Source of the DNA: Laetmonice hystrix
Taxonomy: Eukaryota
Length of the DNA: 64,000 bases
Assembly (NCBI GenBank): GCA_965235115.1
Contig: OZ249438.1
Coordinates: 9,610,001-9,674,000, forward strand
Reading direction: 5' to 3'
Shown here in pieces: positions 51,796 to 63,760 of this stretch (its first letter is position 1; the number at the start of each line of letters is the position of its first letter). The position numbers were made by a program, and so were the translations under genes. Below the pieces are notes generated by a model. It ran no database searches. It was given only the letters and a program-made list of their open reading frames with translations, and had not been told where the DNA came from.

Positions 51796-52114
51796 TCGGA
51801 GGCATCTTTTCCATGTTACCTGTGGCTGCAGGCTCTCTCCTTTCTCTCTCCCTTGCTCGTAAATCACAGGCAAGTTCCTCCCACAAAAAATACTGTTCAG
51901 AAGAAAGAAGACCGTGCCCTCCTGTCTCAGCGACGGAGATACTGCTGCTGATGGCACGTGAAGTCAGCCGAGGGTCGGATGGGGAGGTGATCAGGGAGGG
52001 GGGAGCTGCTAAGTGCCGCTGACATCCCTGATGATGAGGAAGATATAGGCGGATAAGGCTCAGACTGGGTCGTTCAATGAAGAAGGCCTCAGTAACGTAA
52101 CATAGATCTACACT

Positions 52115-52435
52115 CTACAACTGGGTGGGTGTTTATAACACTCACTGTACAACTGGGCGGGTGTTTCTAACAGATACACTGTACCACTGGGCGGGTGTTT
52201 CTAACAGATACACTGTACAACTGGGCGAGTGTTTATAACATCTACACTGTACAACTGGGCGGGTGTTTCTAACAGATACACTGTACCACTGGGCGGGTGT
52301 TTCTAACAGATACACTGTACAACTGGGCGGGTGTTTATAACATCTACACTGTACAATTGGGCGGGTGTTTCTAACAGATACCCTGTACGACTGGGCGGGT
52401 GTTTCTAACAGATACACTGTACAACTGGGCGGGTA
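52115..52435. repeat. 34-bp minisatellite (~9 copies)
   Basis: Unit acagatacactgtacaactgggcgggtgtttcta. Confidence 0.92.
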
Positions 52436-52884
52436 GATGCCCCAGTGACCGTGTGTTGGGAAGTTTCATGACACTCCTGCGGACCGTGTCGCCACCCGGC
52501 TAAGCCAAGCTAAGCCAAGCCAAGCATCAGGATGAATCTGGGTTGTAAAATCTTTCCGAGAGTCATTTCATCTAACTATAAAACCAGGATGATCGGTTTT
52601 CCCAATCGTAGAAATCGGCCCATCAACATGCAACACTGACATGCACAGAGCTACGTAATTGAAGTCTTTGTACAGGCCGGGCCTAAGAGAATGCTTATCG
52701 ACACGAAGGATCCTGTAGGAACTTTTTGCCCACTGTGTGTGGCTCAGATTGTGGAATCATACTCACGCATCTCGAGGTGAGTCATAGTGAGAGTGAGTGC
52801 CTGGAGAAAGGTAAGGATAGAGGGGCAACGCGCTGGAGGGACTAGGGATGGGACCTTGGAGGAATATCCCTCCAAGGTAGGATT

Positions 52885-53726
52885 GAGGGGATCTGAGGGT
52901 GAACTGGTGATGTCTGTCGGTCAGGTAGATAGGACTGAGGGGTCTGAGGGTGAACTGGTGATGTCTGTGGGTCAGGTAGATAGGACTGAGGGCGGGGGGT
53001 CTGAGGGTGAACTGGTGATGTCTGTGGGTCAGGTAGATAGGACTGAGGGCGGGGGGTCTGAGGGTGAACTGGTGATGTCTGTGGGTCAGGTAGATAGGAC
53101 TGAGGGTGAACTGGTGATGTCTGTGGGTGAACTGGTGATGTCTGTGGGTCAGGTAGATAGGACTGAGGGTGAACTGGTGATGTCTGTGGGTCAGGTAGAT
53201 AGGACTGAGGGCGGGGGTCTGAGGGTGAACTGGTGATGTCTGTGGGTCAGGTAGGTAGGACTGAGGGTGAACTGGTGATGTCTGTGGGTCAGGTAGATAG
53301 GACTGAGGGCAGTGGGTCTGAGGGTGAACTGGTGATGTCTGTCGGTCAGGTAGGTAGGACTGAGGGCAGTGGGTCTGAGGGTGAACTGGTGATGTCTGTG
53401 GGTCAGGTAGATAGGACTGAGGGCAGTGGGTCTGAGGGTGAACTGGTGATGTCTGTGGGTCAGGTAGATAGGACTGAGGGCAGTGGGTCTGAGGGTGAAC
53501 TGGTGATGTCTGTGGGTGAACTGGTGATGTCTGTGGGTCAGGTAGATAGGACTGAGGGGGTCTGAGGGTGAACTGGTGATGTCTGTGGGTCAGGTAGATA
53601 GGACTGAGGGGGTCTGAGGGTGAACTGGTGATGTCTGTGGGTCAGGTAGATAGGACTGAGGGGGACTGAGGGTGAACTGGTGATGTCTGTGGGTCAGGTA
53701 GATAGGACTGAGGGCAGTGGGTCTGA
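52885..53726. repeat. Modular 42-60-bp G-rich minisatellite
   Basis: Core ctgagggtgaactggtgatgtctgtgggtcaggtagatagga with optional ctgagggcagtgggt / ctgagggcgggggt modules. Confidence 0.94.
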
Positions 53727-54355
53727 TGCTGAACAACTTGTTTGTCTAGTAGGCCTATAGGAAGTTCCCGCTGCCCGGTATAAGGAGCGTTTGTGCCGAG
53801 CACAGTGTCTGACAGCGAATGTTATACATGTCCGGGGACGGGTGGGAATCAACGCCCAAGTGGAACACTTAATATTGCTTTAAATTAACCTCCCGGCAGC
53901 AGACCAGGCATCCCACGGCCATCCTCAAGTTACACCGCCCGGTTGGGTTTCGTCGGGAGTCGTCACCGCCAAGCCGGCTGTCCCTCACCGGCGACCCGAC
54001 ATTAACAAGCCGCCCGGCCGGGAGGGCGGACGGCCGGCCGGGCCGGGCACGCCTGGTTCCAATAAGGGCGGCCCCCAGATGGATGGAGGTGGGAGGAGCT
54101 GTTGAAGATGGCTCTCAACACCTCGGAAATTGAATTGAGGGGGAAGATTGAGGCGAGGATAACTTGGTTGGTTCACTCGGTGTGGGGTCACTGCACTGGC
54201 TGTCCGAGCTTTGTCTCACCGGTCGGAGATGTTGGGGATGTTGTGAAGACATGGAAGGACCGTGCGCATGGCCTCGCTCCTTTCGTTTGGGTCTGATTAA
54301 GGCGAAGGCTTGTGCAGAAGGATAAAAGTGGCGGATTGAAATGATGGCAGGGCTA

Positions 54356-54890
54356 GGTCTGGGTGTGAGACAAGGCTGGGTCTAGGTGTGAAACCGGTCT
54401 GGGTGTGAGACCGGTCTGGGTGTGAGACCGGTCTGGGTGTGAGACCGGTCTGGGTGTGAGACCGGTCTGGTTGTGTGACCGGTCTGGGTGTGAGACCGGT
54501 CTGGGTGTGAGACCGGTCTGGGTGTGAGACCGGTCTGGGTGTGTGACCGGTCTGGGTGTGAGACCGGTCTGGCTGTGAGACCGGTCTGGGTGTGAGGCCG
54601 GTCTGGGTGTGAGACCGGTCTGGGTGTGAGACCGGTCTGGGTGTGAGACCGGTCTGGGTGTGAGACCGGTCTGGGTGTGAGGCCGGTCTGGGTGTGAGAC
54701 CGGTCTGGGTGTGAAACCGGTCTGGGTGTGAGACCGGTCTGGGTGTGAGACCGGTCTGGGTGTGAGACCGGTCTGGGTGTATGACCGGTCTGGGTGTGTG
54801 ACCGGTCTGGGTGTGAGACCGGTCTGGGTGTGAGACCGGTCTGGGTGTGAGACCGGTCTGGGTGTGAGACCAGTCTGGGTGTGTGACCAG
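54356..54890. repeat. 17-bp minisatellite (~31 copies) built on palindrome AGACCGGTCT
   Basis: Unit gtgtgagaccggtctgg; period 17. Confidence 0.96.
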
Positions 54891-55292
54891 ATGTGTCACC
54901 ACTCGGCGCAGGTGGCCGCCTCTCCCTGCAGTGACTTTATCTGATTTGATAGCGGCGAGAGAGGTGGCTACATCATTGAAAAATCGGCAGAAGTTGTTTT
55001 AATCTCGCTTGATAAAATCTATGTGGCATAGGTCCAATCATTTCCCAAGCTAAATTTGAAATTGTTCCGTTTGAGTAATTATGAAATAAATAGACGGTGA
55101 AATCAGGATTGAAGCGCGTGACTTGGCCGTGAGTAGGCTGGGTCAGAGGTGATTTTTTAGCGATGGGGACGTGTCATGTATCATCTATACCTTTCGGGTG
55201 GGTTAACGCATGTCGGATTACTTTGTACATCAGTCGGTATTACCTTCTGTATACAAATCATGGAGGAACTCTTCCGAGGATATGGAAAGTTG

Positions 55293-56008
55293 GGGTGTGT
55301 GAAACTGGGGCATGGGACATTGATGTAACCTAGAACTGTGTGAAACTGGGACATGGGACATTGATGTAACCTAGAACTGTGTGAAACTGGGACATGGGGC
55401 ATTGATGTAACCTAGAACTGTGTGAAACTGGGGCATGGGACATTGATGTAACCTAGAACTGTGTGAAACTGGGACATGGGGCATTGATGTAACCTAGAAC
55501 TGTGTGAAACTGGGACATGGGACATTGATGTAACCTAGAACTGTGTGAAACTGGGACATGGGGCATTGATGTAACCTAGAACTGTGTGAAACTGGGGCAT
55601 GGGACATTGATGTAACCTAGAACTGTGTGAAACTGGGACATGGGACATTGATGTAACCTAGAACTGTGTGAAACTGGGACATGGGACATTGAAGTAACCT
55701 AGAACTGTGTGAAACTCGGACATGGGACATTGATGTAACCTAGAACTGTGTGAAACTGGGACATGGGACATTGATGTAACCTAGAACTGTGTGAAACTGG
55801 GACATGGGACATTTATATAACCGAGAACTGTGTGAAACTGGGACATGGGACATTGATGTAACCCAGAACTGTGTGAAACTGGGACATGGGACATTGATGT
55901 AACCTAGAACTGTGTGAAACTGGGGCATGGGACATTGATGTAACCTAGAACTGTGTGAAACTGGGACATGGGACATTGATGTAACCTAGAACTGTGTGAA
56001 ACTGGGAC
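55293..56008. repeat. 41-bp minisatellite (~17 copies)
   Basis: Unit gaaactgggacatgggacattgatgtaacctagaactgtgt. Confidence 0.96.
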
Positions 56009-57461
56009 TTTGTGACGTAATCTGGGACATGATGCCTGGGACATTGTGATACAATCTGGGATTGTGTTTTAAGTGCCAGTGGTCGTGTGTATAGGACAAG
56101 GGACATGTTGGTGTTACGGAGAGACGTAGATCATGTAGGATCTCCCGACAATTCATGATAATTGACAATTAGTTAAAGTCTACTTGTGTTCAAGAGAAGA
56201 AAATTTGCCCTGTAATTGGTTTGTATGCCTCCGGGCTTTCAGGTGGATGTAGTAATTTGGAAGGATTTGTTTCTTGAGATGGGAGTGATTAGAACAATAA
56301 ACCAACAAAAATCAGCTAGAACTAGGAGAGTTTTATGTGGCCCTCGGGGTTGGAGTGGGGGTGGGGGTTTACAAGCAAAGTGGCTTAACTTGCCCTCCTG
56401 GGCCCATTTCTTAAAATCTCAAAGATCTCGCCTAAATTAAATCCTGACCCTTGTTTTTGAATAGACTTTGGGAGCCCGATCCATGTTAACAATATCCCTC
56501 CATTTTACCAGCTCTTAAAATGTTTTCCGTTATCAATATTGTCAAACTGCATTCACAAACGTCACTTGTAGTACACGAAAGGCGCGAACTCTACGGTGTT
56601 TTGGCAGAAGGTGCTGAGTGCGCCGACATGGCCCCAGAAATGCCAGACATTCAAGTCTGAATCTCACTAAATTGACTCTGACCTTTCGTGTCGCAAAAGG
56701 TGCTCTGCTCGTGCACTGCCCCTTGTATGCACACAGCGACCTGGTGAGTTCTCTGTGATTGCCTGTTGGCATCTAGACTGATGGTGACTGAACATTCACT
56801 CACGCCCAGACAAGGTGAGGAGTTCCCCCCGGCTTTTGCTAACACCGTAGGGGGAAAAACAAAGCCCCAGCTGTGGTCGACTCACCTGGGGTGAATTAGC
56901 TATCAGCATGGCTTACACAAACAGACCTTCCCAACCTGAGCTATTTTAATAGCCTGTCGGCTCTGTAACTCAGTTGTGTGCAATCCTTTTAGTGGTTCCC
57001 GCCCCGAGTACCGCGGTTTAAGAGCGAGTCGTTATACAAATAGGTCAGTGCGTCGAGCGTCGTGACGTCACATGACGTAAACTGTGATGACGGGACGCGT
57101 GACGGATGACGTTTTGGTAGGTGAGGTGATAATGAGGCTGGAGAGGTGAAACGTGTGCTGATTGGAGGGGCTCGAGACCCCGCTCAACCCCCGACAGGAG
57201 ACCACTCATACTGGGGCCTCCTCCCCCCCCCCCCCCCCCCCACCCTGAGGGCCCTCACTGATTGCCGTAGTAATCACTTCCTCAAGGAGCACCTTGGCTT
57301 AAAGCTCCAGCCCCCTCCCCGCTCTCGGAGCCCTTCAAACGGGGGCCTCGGGTCAAAGGGTTCCCGTGGTGCTCAAGGAGGCCGATTCGTACACTAGGAT
57401 CTTTTGAACCCGCCTCATCACAGGGAATTTAGTGGTGGCGCGGAGGTTGGGCTGTTACTGG

Positions 57462-58180
57462 GAGGTGGTGAGGCGAGGGGACTGTTACCGTGAGGTGGTG
57501 AGGAGAGGGGACTGTTACCGTGAGGTGGTGAGGAGAGGGGACTGTTGCCGTGAGGTGGTGAGGCTGTTACCGTGAGGTGGTGAGGATAGGGGACTGTTAC
57601 CGTGAGGTGGTGAGGAGAGGGGACTGTTACCGTGAGGTGGTGAGGAGAGGGGCCTGTTACCGTGAGGTGGTGAGGAGAGGGGACTGTTACCATGAAGTGG
57701 TGGGGAGAGGGGACTGTTACCGTGAGGTGGTGAGGCTGTTACCGTGAGGTGGTGAGGATAGGGGACTGTTACCGTGAGGTGGTGAGGAGAGGGGACTGTT
57801 ACCGTGAGGTGGTGAGGAGAGGGGCCTGTTACCGTGAGGTGGTGAGGAGAGGGGACTGTTACCGTGAGGTGGTGGGACTGTTACCGTGAGGTGGTGAGGA
57901 GAGGGGACTGTTACCGTGAGGTGGTGGGACTGTTACCGTGAGGTGGTGAGGAGAGGGGACTGTTACCGTGAGGTGGTGGGACTGTTACCGTGAGGTGGTG
58001 AGGAGAGGGGACTGTTACCGTGAGGTGGTGAGACTGTTACCGTGAGGTGGTGAGGAGAGGGGACTGTTACCGTGAGGTGGTGAGACTGTTACCGTGAGGT
58101 GGTGAGGAGAGGGACTGTGACCGTGAGGTGGTGAGGAGAGGGGACTGTGACCGTGAGGTGGTGAGGATAGGGGACTGTGA
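57462..58180. repeat. 30-bp G-rich minisatellite with ~21-23-bp deletion variants
   Basis: Unit gaggtggtgaggagaggggactgttaccgt. Confidence 0.95.
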
Positions 58181-61100
58181 GGTTGGGCAGTTACCGTGAA
58201 TTGGGCAGGAGATGGGAGGGGGTTATCCATGAGACTGTTACATTGAAGTGACCAACAGGTCCATTCCTTTACTAATGGGGTTGCTATGGTTACACAGACG
58301 CCAGTTTCTGGTCGCTCAGAGCTGCCGACAATCAAGAACCCCCCCCCCCCCCACGACAACCAACAGCGGTCGCAGGGGGCATTGCCCCCGGGTCGGAACC
58401 AACTGTTCTCCACACACCACTGACAGTATTCGGGAGGACTGCATTCCGCGACTATCTGAAGACGAGATAGTGTGCGCCGTAAAACAGATGAAGTCTCCAA
58501 GATGCGAGTCGATTAATGCGAGGCGTTGACCGGGTGTTGAGTGGTGTGTGTGCGGAGGGGGACAGTCAGGACTCTGCCGCCGCCGGCCGGGCTGCGGGCG
58601 CCGGGAGAGGTCCAAGGATGTGCTAGGGTCCTCAGTCTGGCGCCCATAGCGGGGCTAGAGGCGCCTGGAGAGGTCCAAGGATGTGTATGGGTCCTCTGTC
58701 ACACTGCCCCGGGGCACACACGCATACTGAGGCCATAAATCAACACGTCTTTAGTGGAGTGTCCATGGGTCAAACCGTAGGAATATTATTATACAGTAGG
58801 GGGTAAGGGAACAATAGGTGTATGGGGGGGGGGGCATTTTTCTGTTAGTGATTTTCTGCTGACAAGGGAAGCTCTGAGGACCCAGAGGTATGGGACTACA
58901 AGAGAACAATCATTATGAAATAGTAGGTTGGATCTACATTGGCGGTTTACGCATCAGGGACAGGCTGGAGGAAACCAGAATACCCGTTAGAAACTACCGA
59001 CCTGGAAGCAAGTAACTGCATGGAGTGATTCAACCCCCGCACCACCTTTTCTTATAACGGCTCTTGACTTGACACAGTCGAACCCCTTTGCCAGATTTCC
59101 CCCTTGGACTTCCCCTTTCCAACCTCCTGGATCCGCCCCACTAAGATCAGAGTTACTGGGTTTCCATGCGTACACAGACCGGGAACCAGCACCCGTTTCA
59201 CGACCACAAGGTGAAGAACGGGTTTCATGCACAACTCGAACCACAACGACAACGTGTCATATTTTGCTGGTTATATTTAGTTGTAAGACGGACAGCCAGT
59301 TGGTGCTGTTCTGGCGGGACCTCCTGCACGGCCACCACTTCCCGAACTGACGAGGTGCGTTCTAGGAGGCGGGCAAGGGTAGTTCGCCGGCCTCACCTCT
59401 GACCCCGGCCACATGGCCAGGTGGGCGCCCGTTAACTAGATCCACCTGAGGAGGGCGGGCCTGCCGGCCGGGGCCGAGACCGGGGTACGGGTGGGGCCGG
59501 GCCGGTCTCACGGCTGGGGTCGGGGGTGTGGGGTGGGGGTCAGGAGGTTGAAGTCGATGTCGTGGAATGATGTCTTAATACCAGGTGACGGGTCGTTGGA
59601 CAGTAGGTCCACACTGGTGTGAACGGTCACCAAGGTCTGTGCCATCACTCAACTTGAATCTCAGTCAGTGCATGGGTTAGGGCTCGGTCAGTGCATGGGT
59701 TTGGGCTCGGTCAGTGCATGGGTTAGGTCCTGGGTCAACCAATGGGTTAGGGCATCAGTAAATCTATGTATTAATATCAATGGGTCCATGGGTGAAGGCT
59801 TTATAAATAAAAAAGATATCGCTAAATTCCAGGCTCTATGCACGAAAACAGGCGTGCCACAGTTCTAGTGACCCTCAGTAGTGATCAGTATGAACATCTG
59901 GCGGCAGTCCCGACCTGTCAAAGTCAGTCCATTGAAATCTCTTGGCCTATAGAACCTCTAGGACTGACACTCCCCGCTTGGTGTTCAAGGCCCGATGTTT
60001 TAGCAGCGGGTCTCGTTGGTTTCAGCCAACTATCCGCATACCTCGAGTACCTCACTGATAGACGGTGGATATTCCGGCATGTGAACGCCCCCTGGCGGTT
60101 CCAGGTCGATTGAAACACCTGTGTGAAGTGCAGGAATTATTGACTGTACATTACAAGGTCAGGACTGGGGAGAGATTGGAGAGAAGGAAGAGAGGGAGGG
60201 AGAGAGAGAGAGGGAGAGAGGGGGGGGGGCTGTGGACTGGCGGTAGCCCTAATGGGGGTCAGTCAACTAGACCATTATTACAGCCTGCCCGTATACGCCT
60301 TTTGATAATCATTGAACTTATCTAGACCAGATTACAATTATTACTAAATCCACGGCGACGCGAGTCAGAACCAATAGGCAAACATCATCTTTTTATGAGA
60401 CCCCAAAAGAGGCGTCGGCATTCAATGCTATAGAAATTGCTCTTGAGAGGGCTTTTAGTCTGGTTATCTGAGCCGAGTGGTTTCGAATATTACTGTTATC
60501 AGACTGTTCGCCCGGGATACGGAGGTATTCGTCCATGGGTGTGTATATGGGGAAGGGACCACAAATATTGACTTTAATATGGTCGGCTTTATTGATGGTG
60601 GGGCATTCCGGGAGGGTCCGGCAAATAGAGTGTTAGGTCCGATCTGGGGGAGGGGGCGGGGGGGGGGGGCTGTCGGCGGGTAATATTCTGTGTACCTGGG
60701 GGCCATAACTCACGTCAGCGAGTCGCTGTGACATGACTGAGACCCGTGGGGGAGGAGGGGGCAGGCTAGACGTTTGGTGGTCAGAGACTTGGGGTCTACG
60801 GAGTGGTTTACTCGCCACAAGTAACCTGGAGATTAAAGGGTGGCCGAGTCGTCACCTGATCTGACAGGGGGGTGTAACGGGGTGTCCCTCTGGAGGGGGC
60901 AATAATCAGCACCCCACCCGGGTTATGTTCTAAGAGGTGAATATTTTCAGTAGGTGCAGGTAACATAGCGATATATTACGGTAGCAGTGGCTAATTGAAA
61001 TGGAATCCGATCTGAGAATATAGAAGTTGATGCTGATATAATGGATACAACCACTTGATATACGACGCGCAAACAGACCTGCAGCTTTGGTGATGTTGTC

Positions 61101-61283
61101 ATCTTCACTGCATTATGATATGTATTGATATTGATATTGACTTCAAAATATCTCTTTGACTGTCTGCTTTTTCTGCTGTTTGTTTGTTGTGCTGCTTTGT
61201 GATGTTGTGACCGTGTTAATGATAATTGTATTACTGATGTGAGATGATGATGAGATGATGATGATGGGTTGTTGTTGTTGCAG

Positions 61284-61422
61284 GGATCGCCAGTGTAGCC
61301 GAGGTACACCTACGCCACCCCAAGCAACCCTCGCATATCGTCGAGGGCGTACCGCTGTCCCTCAAGTGTCACGCCGAGGGAAACCCCGAGCCTGACGTCG
61401 AGTGGTTCAAAAACAACATTAG
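61284..61422 (+). CDS. PTK7: PTK7/off-track-like receptor, coding exon 2: N-terminal half of Ig domain 2
   Basis: Acceptor ttgttgttgCAG| and donor AG|GTGAGT. Joining to exon 1 gives T+GG=W, then IASVAEVHLRHPKQPSHIVEGVPLSLKCHAEGNPEPDVEWFKNNI with no stop. This parallels human PTK7 ...IKWIEAGPVVLKHP...VTLRCHIDGHPRPTYQWF (from memory). 139 nt, phase 1 in and phase 2 out. Absent from the ORF track. Confidence 0.88.
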
Positions 61423-61467
61423 GTGAGTACTTCTTTAATGATCTGAATTTATGTAAGGGGGATTCTT

Positions 61468-61852
61468 CGCACTTCACCACTCCCAACATCATGGAAGTCT
61501 TCATTATATAATATCTCACACTTCACCACTCCCAACATCAGGGAAGTCTTCCTTTAGTAATGCCTCACACTTCACTACTCCCAACATCAGGGAAGTCTTC
61601 CTTTAATAATGCCTCACACTTCACTACTCCCAACATCAGGGAGTCTTCATTATATAATAACTCACACTTCACTACTCCCAACATCAGGGAAGTATTCCTT
61701 TAATAATGCCTCACACTTCACCACTCCCAACATCAGGGAAGTCTTCATCATATAATAACTCACACGTCACTAAGTTCCAACCTCAGGAAAGTGTTCCTTT
61801 AATAATGCGTCGCACTTCACTTCTTCCAACATCAGGGGAGTGCTCCTTAATA
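61468..61852. repeat. ~55-bp minisatellite (~7 copies) just inside intron 2
   Basis: cacacttcactactcccaacatcagggaagtcttc... repeated. Confidence 0.9.
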
Positions 61853-63289
61853 ATCCTAGTAATATAATGTGATTCTCAACGCCCAACACATCGGACGAGT
61901 TCTCGCAGGTAGCTACTCTCAACAACTACCCGACCACTCCCAACATCAGGTGGATCTCCACTCAAACACTCCCTATGTGGAGTGATATATGAGTGAGTCC
62001 GCCCTTACCCGAGTCCCCCACCCACACTCTCCCAACATGTTTACAATATTCACCCATTTCGTTATTTGTACTTACAATGTTAGCAGCTGTTGGAGCTATA
62101 TGGTCGTATTGGGTTCAGGGCTGATGGATTAGGGTTCCAAACGGGTGGATTTAGGTTCTACTAAGAGCCAAGACAAGTTGGCGATGTGGATTCTGAACGC
62201 TAGCCGGGAGAATTCTAATGAAACTCGATGGGAGAAACCTGTGCGCGATCACAACAACAGAGGCGCAGCGTCAGGCCTGGGGCCAGGCCTTATACACGGG
62301 ATTATAAAGCGGGCTATATCTGCCGCTCTGGCTCTCATTAATTAACATGGCAGCATCGGTGTGATGAATAATAAATGGCGCTGTCAAACCGGCACGTTTC
62401 AAACCTCGCCGGCCTATATGCCATCAGTGAAGCTATATACAACACGGGGGCCAGAGCACGACCCTGAAACCTTGGGCCATGGTGCACGTCACTGGCACTT
62501 GGTGCACGTCTCCGGGCCTTGGTGCACGTCTCTGGCTATTGGTGCACGTTTGTGAACCTACACGTCATGTCAATTGCTCATCTTGCAAAATCTTCACCCA
62601 TGGAGCAGTTTCCTGGAACCCATTGCAAATCGATGGCTCCTTTCGCAAGGTGCACGCCCCCAACCCGTTCCATTGAGCTTCATGGTCCTATTATCCTGGC
62701 ACCAAAACAATCAGGAAATCTCACGCGGTTGTAGATTCAGGCCCTCCAAATATTTCCCCTGGTGCCTGTGGAACACGCGGACCAAATGTTGGCACTAACC
62801 CCCATCGTGCCCTCACCATCCTCTGTACAGAAACCTCAGTGAATTCTCTGACTTCCTGCATGCATATTGACATTTACCGGCTATGAGTTCACGTATCGTT
62901 ATTGGCCCCCGACCTGGTGAGTGTGGGTGATAGATTGACCCCCCACCTGGCCGGGAGTGGGGGGGGGGGGGGTCGCCGTTCCCCACCAAACGTGCATGGA
63001 CCGACTGATACAGCGCCGCTGCCGCAATCTGGTCGGAAACGGCCCGTCTGGCAGTTCTTGACTTCATTGCTATTAATTCGGCTGGTATGGAATTCTCCAC
63101 GGCTGTTGCCGACCGCTAGGAGCGCTGTGCGTGCCGTAGGTGGTAAGCGGTGACGGATCAGTCACGTCATCAGGTAGGAGGGGCGCCACCTGGCGGAACG
63201 CTGGTGGCTGAGGCGGCGGACCGTGAAGACGCCGCTGCCCGCCGCGTCACGCCCGGCTGGTCAGGGGGGCAGTGTGAACGGAGCTCAGG

Positions 63290-63760
63290 ATGGATGGCTT
63301 CACATAGGGGGGTGAAACATGGCTGAAACACTGTGATGGGATGGAGCGGGTGGCTGAAACAAGGGACGCTGTTAGGGGTTGGAGCGGATGGCTGGAACAT
63401 GGGACGCTGTGAGGGGATGGAACGGGTGGCTGAAACAAGGGACGCTCTTGGAACAGAGGTGGCTGAAACAAGAGGTGGACGCTAGGGTGGGATGGAGCGG
63501 GTGGCTGAAACATGGGACGCTGTGATGGGATGGAGTGGGTGGCTGGAACATGGGACGCTGTGATGGGATGGAACGGGTGGCTGGAACAAGGGACGCTGTG
63601 ATGGGATGGAGCGAGTGGCTGGAACATGGGACGCTGTGATGGGATGGAACGGGTGGCTGGAACAAGGGACGCTGTGATGGGAGGGAACGGGCTGCAAATG
63701 GGACGCTGTGATGGGATGGAACGGGTGGCTGGAACAAGGGACGCTGTGATGGGACGCTGT
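63290..63760. repeat. 38-bp G-rich minisatellite
   Basis: Unit gggatggaacgggtggctggaacaagggacgctgtgat. Confidence 0.92.

Larger units (their letters stand above)
8162..61283 (+). other. Intron 1 of the PTK7-like gene (53,122 bp, GT-AG)
   Basis: Bounded by GTAAGT and ...TTGCAG. Phases match and the Ig1-Ig2 junction is restored exactly. An intervening exon cannot be fully excluded but none is needed. Confidence 0.8.

Noticed and set aside
2132-63760. CRISPR-like reading of the regular arrays, some with palindromic units
   Set aside because: Units are head-to-tail with no unique spacers, there are no cas genes, and the context is a spliceosomal intron.
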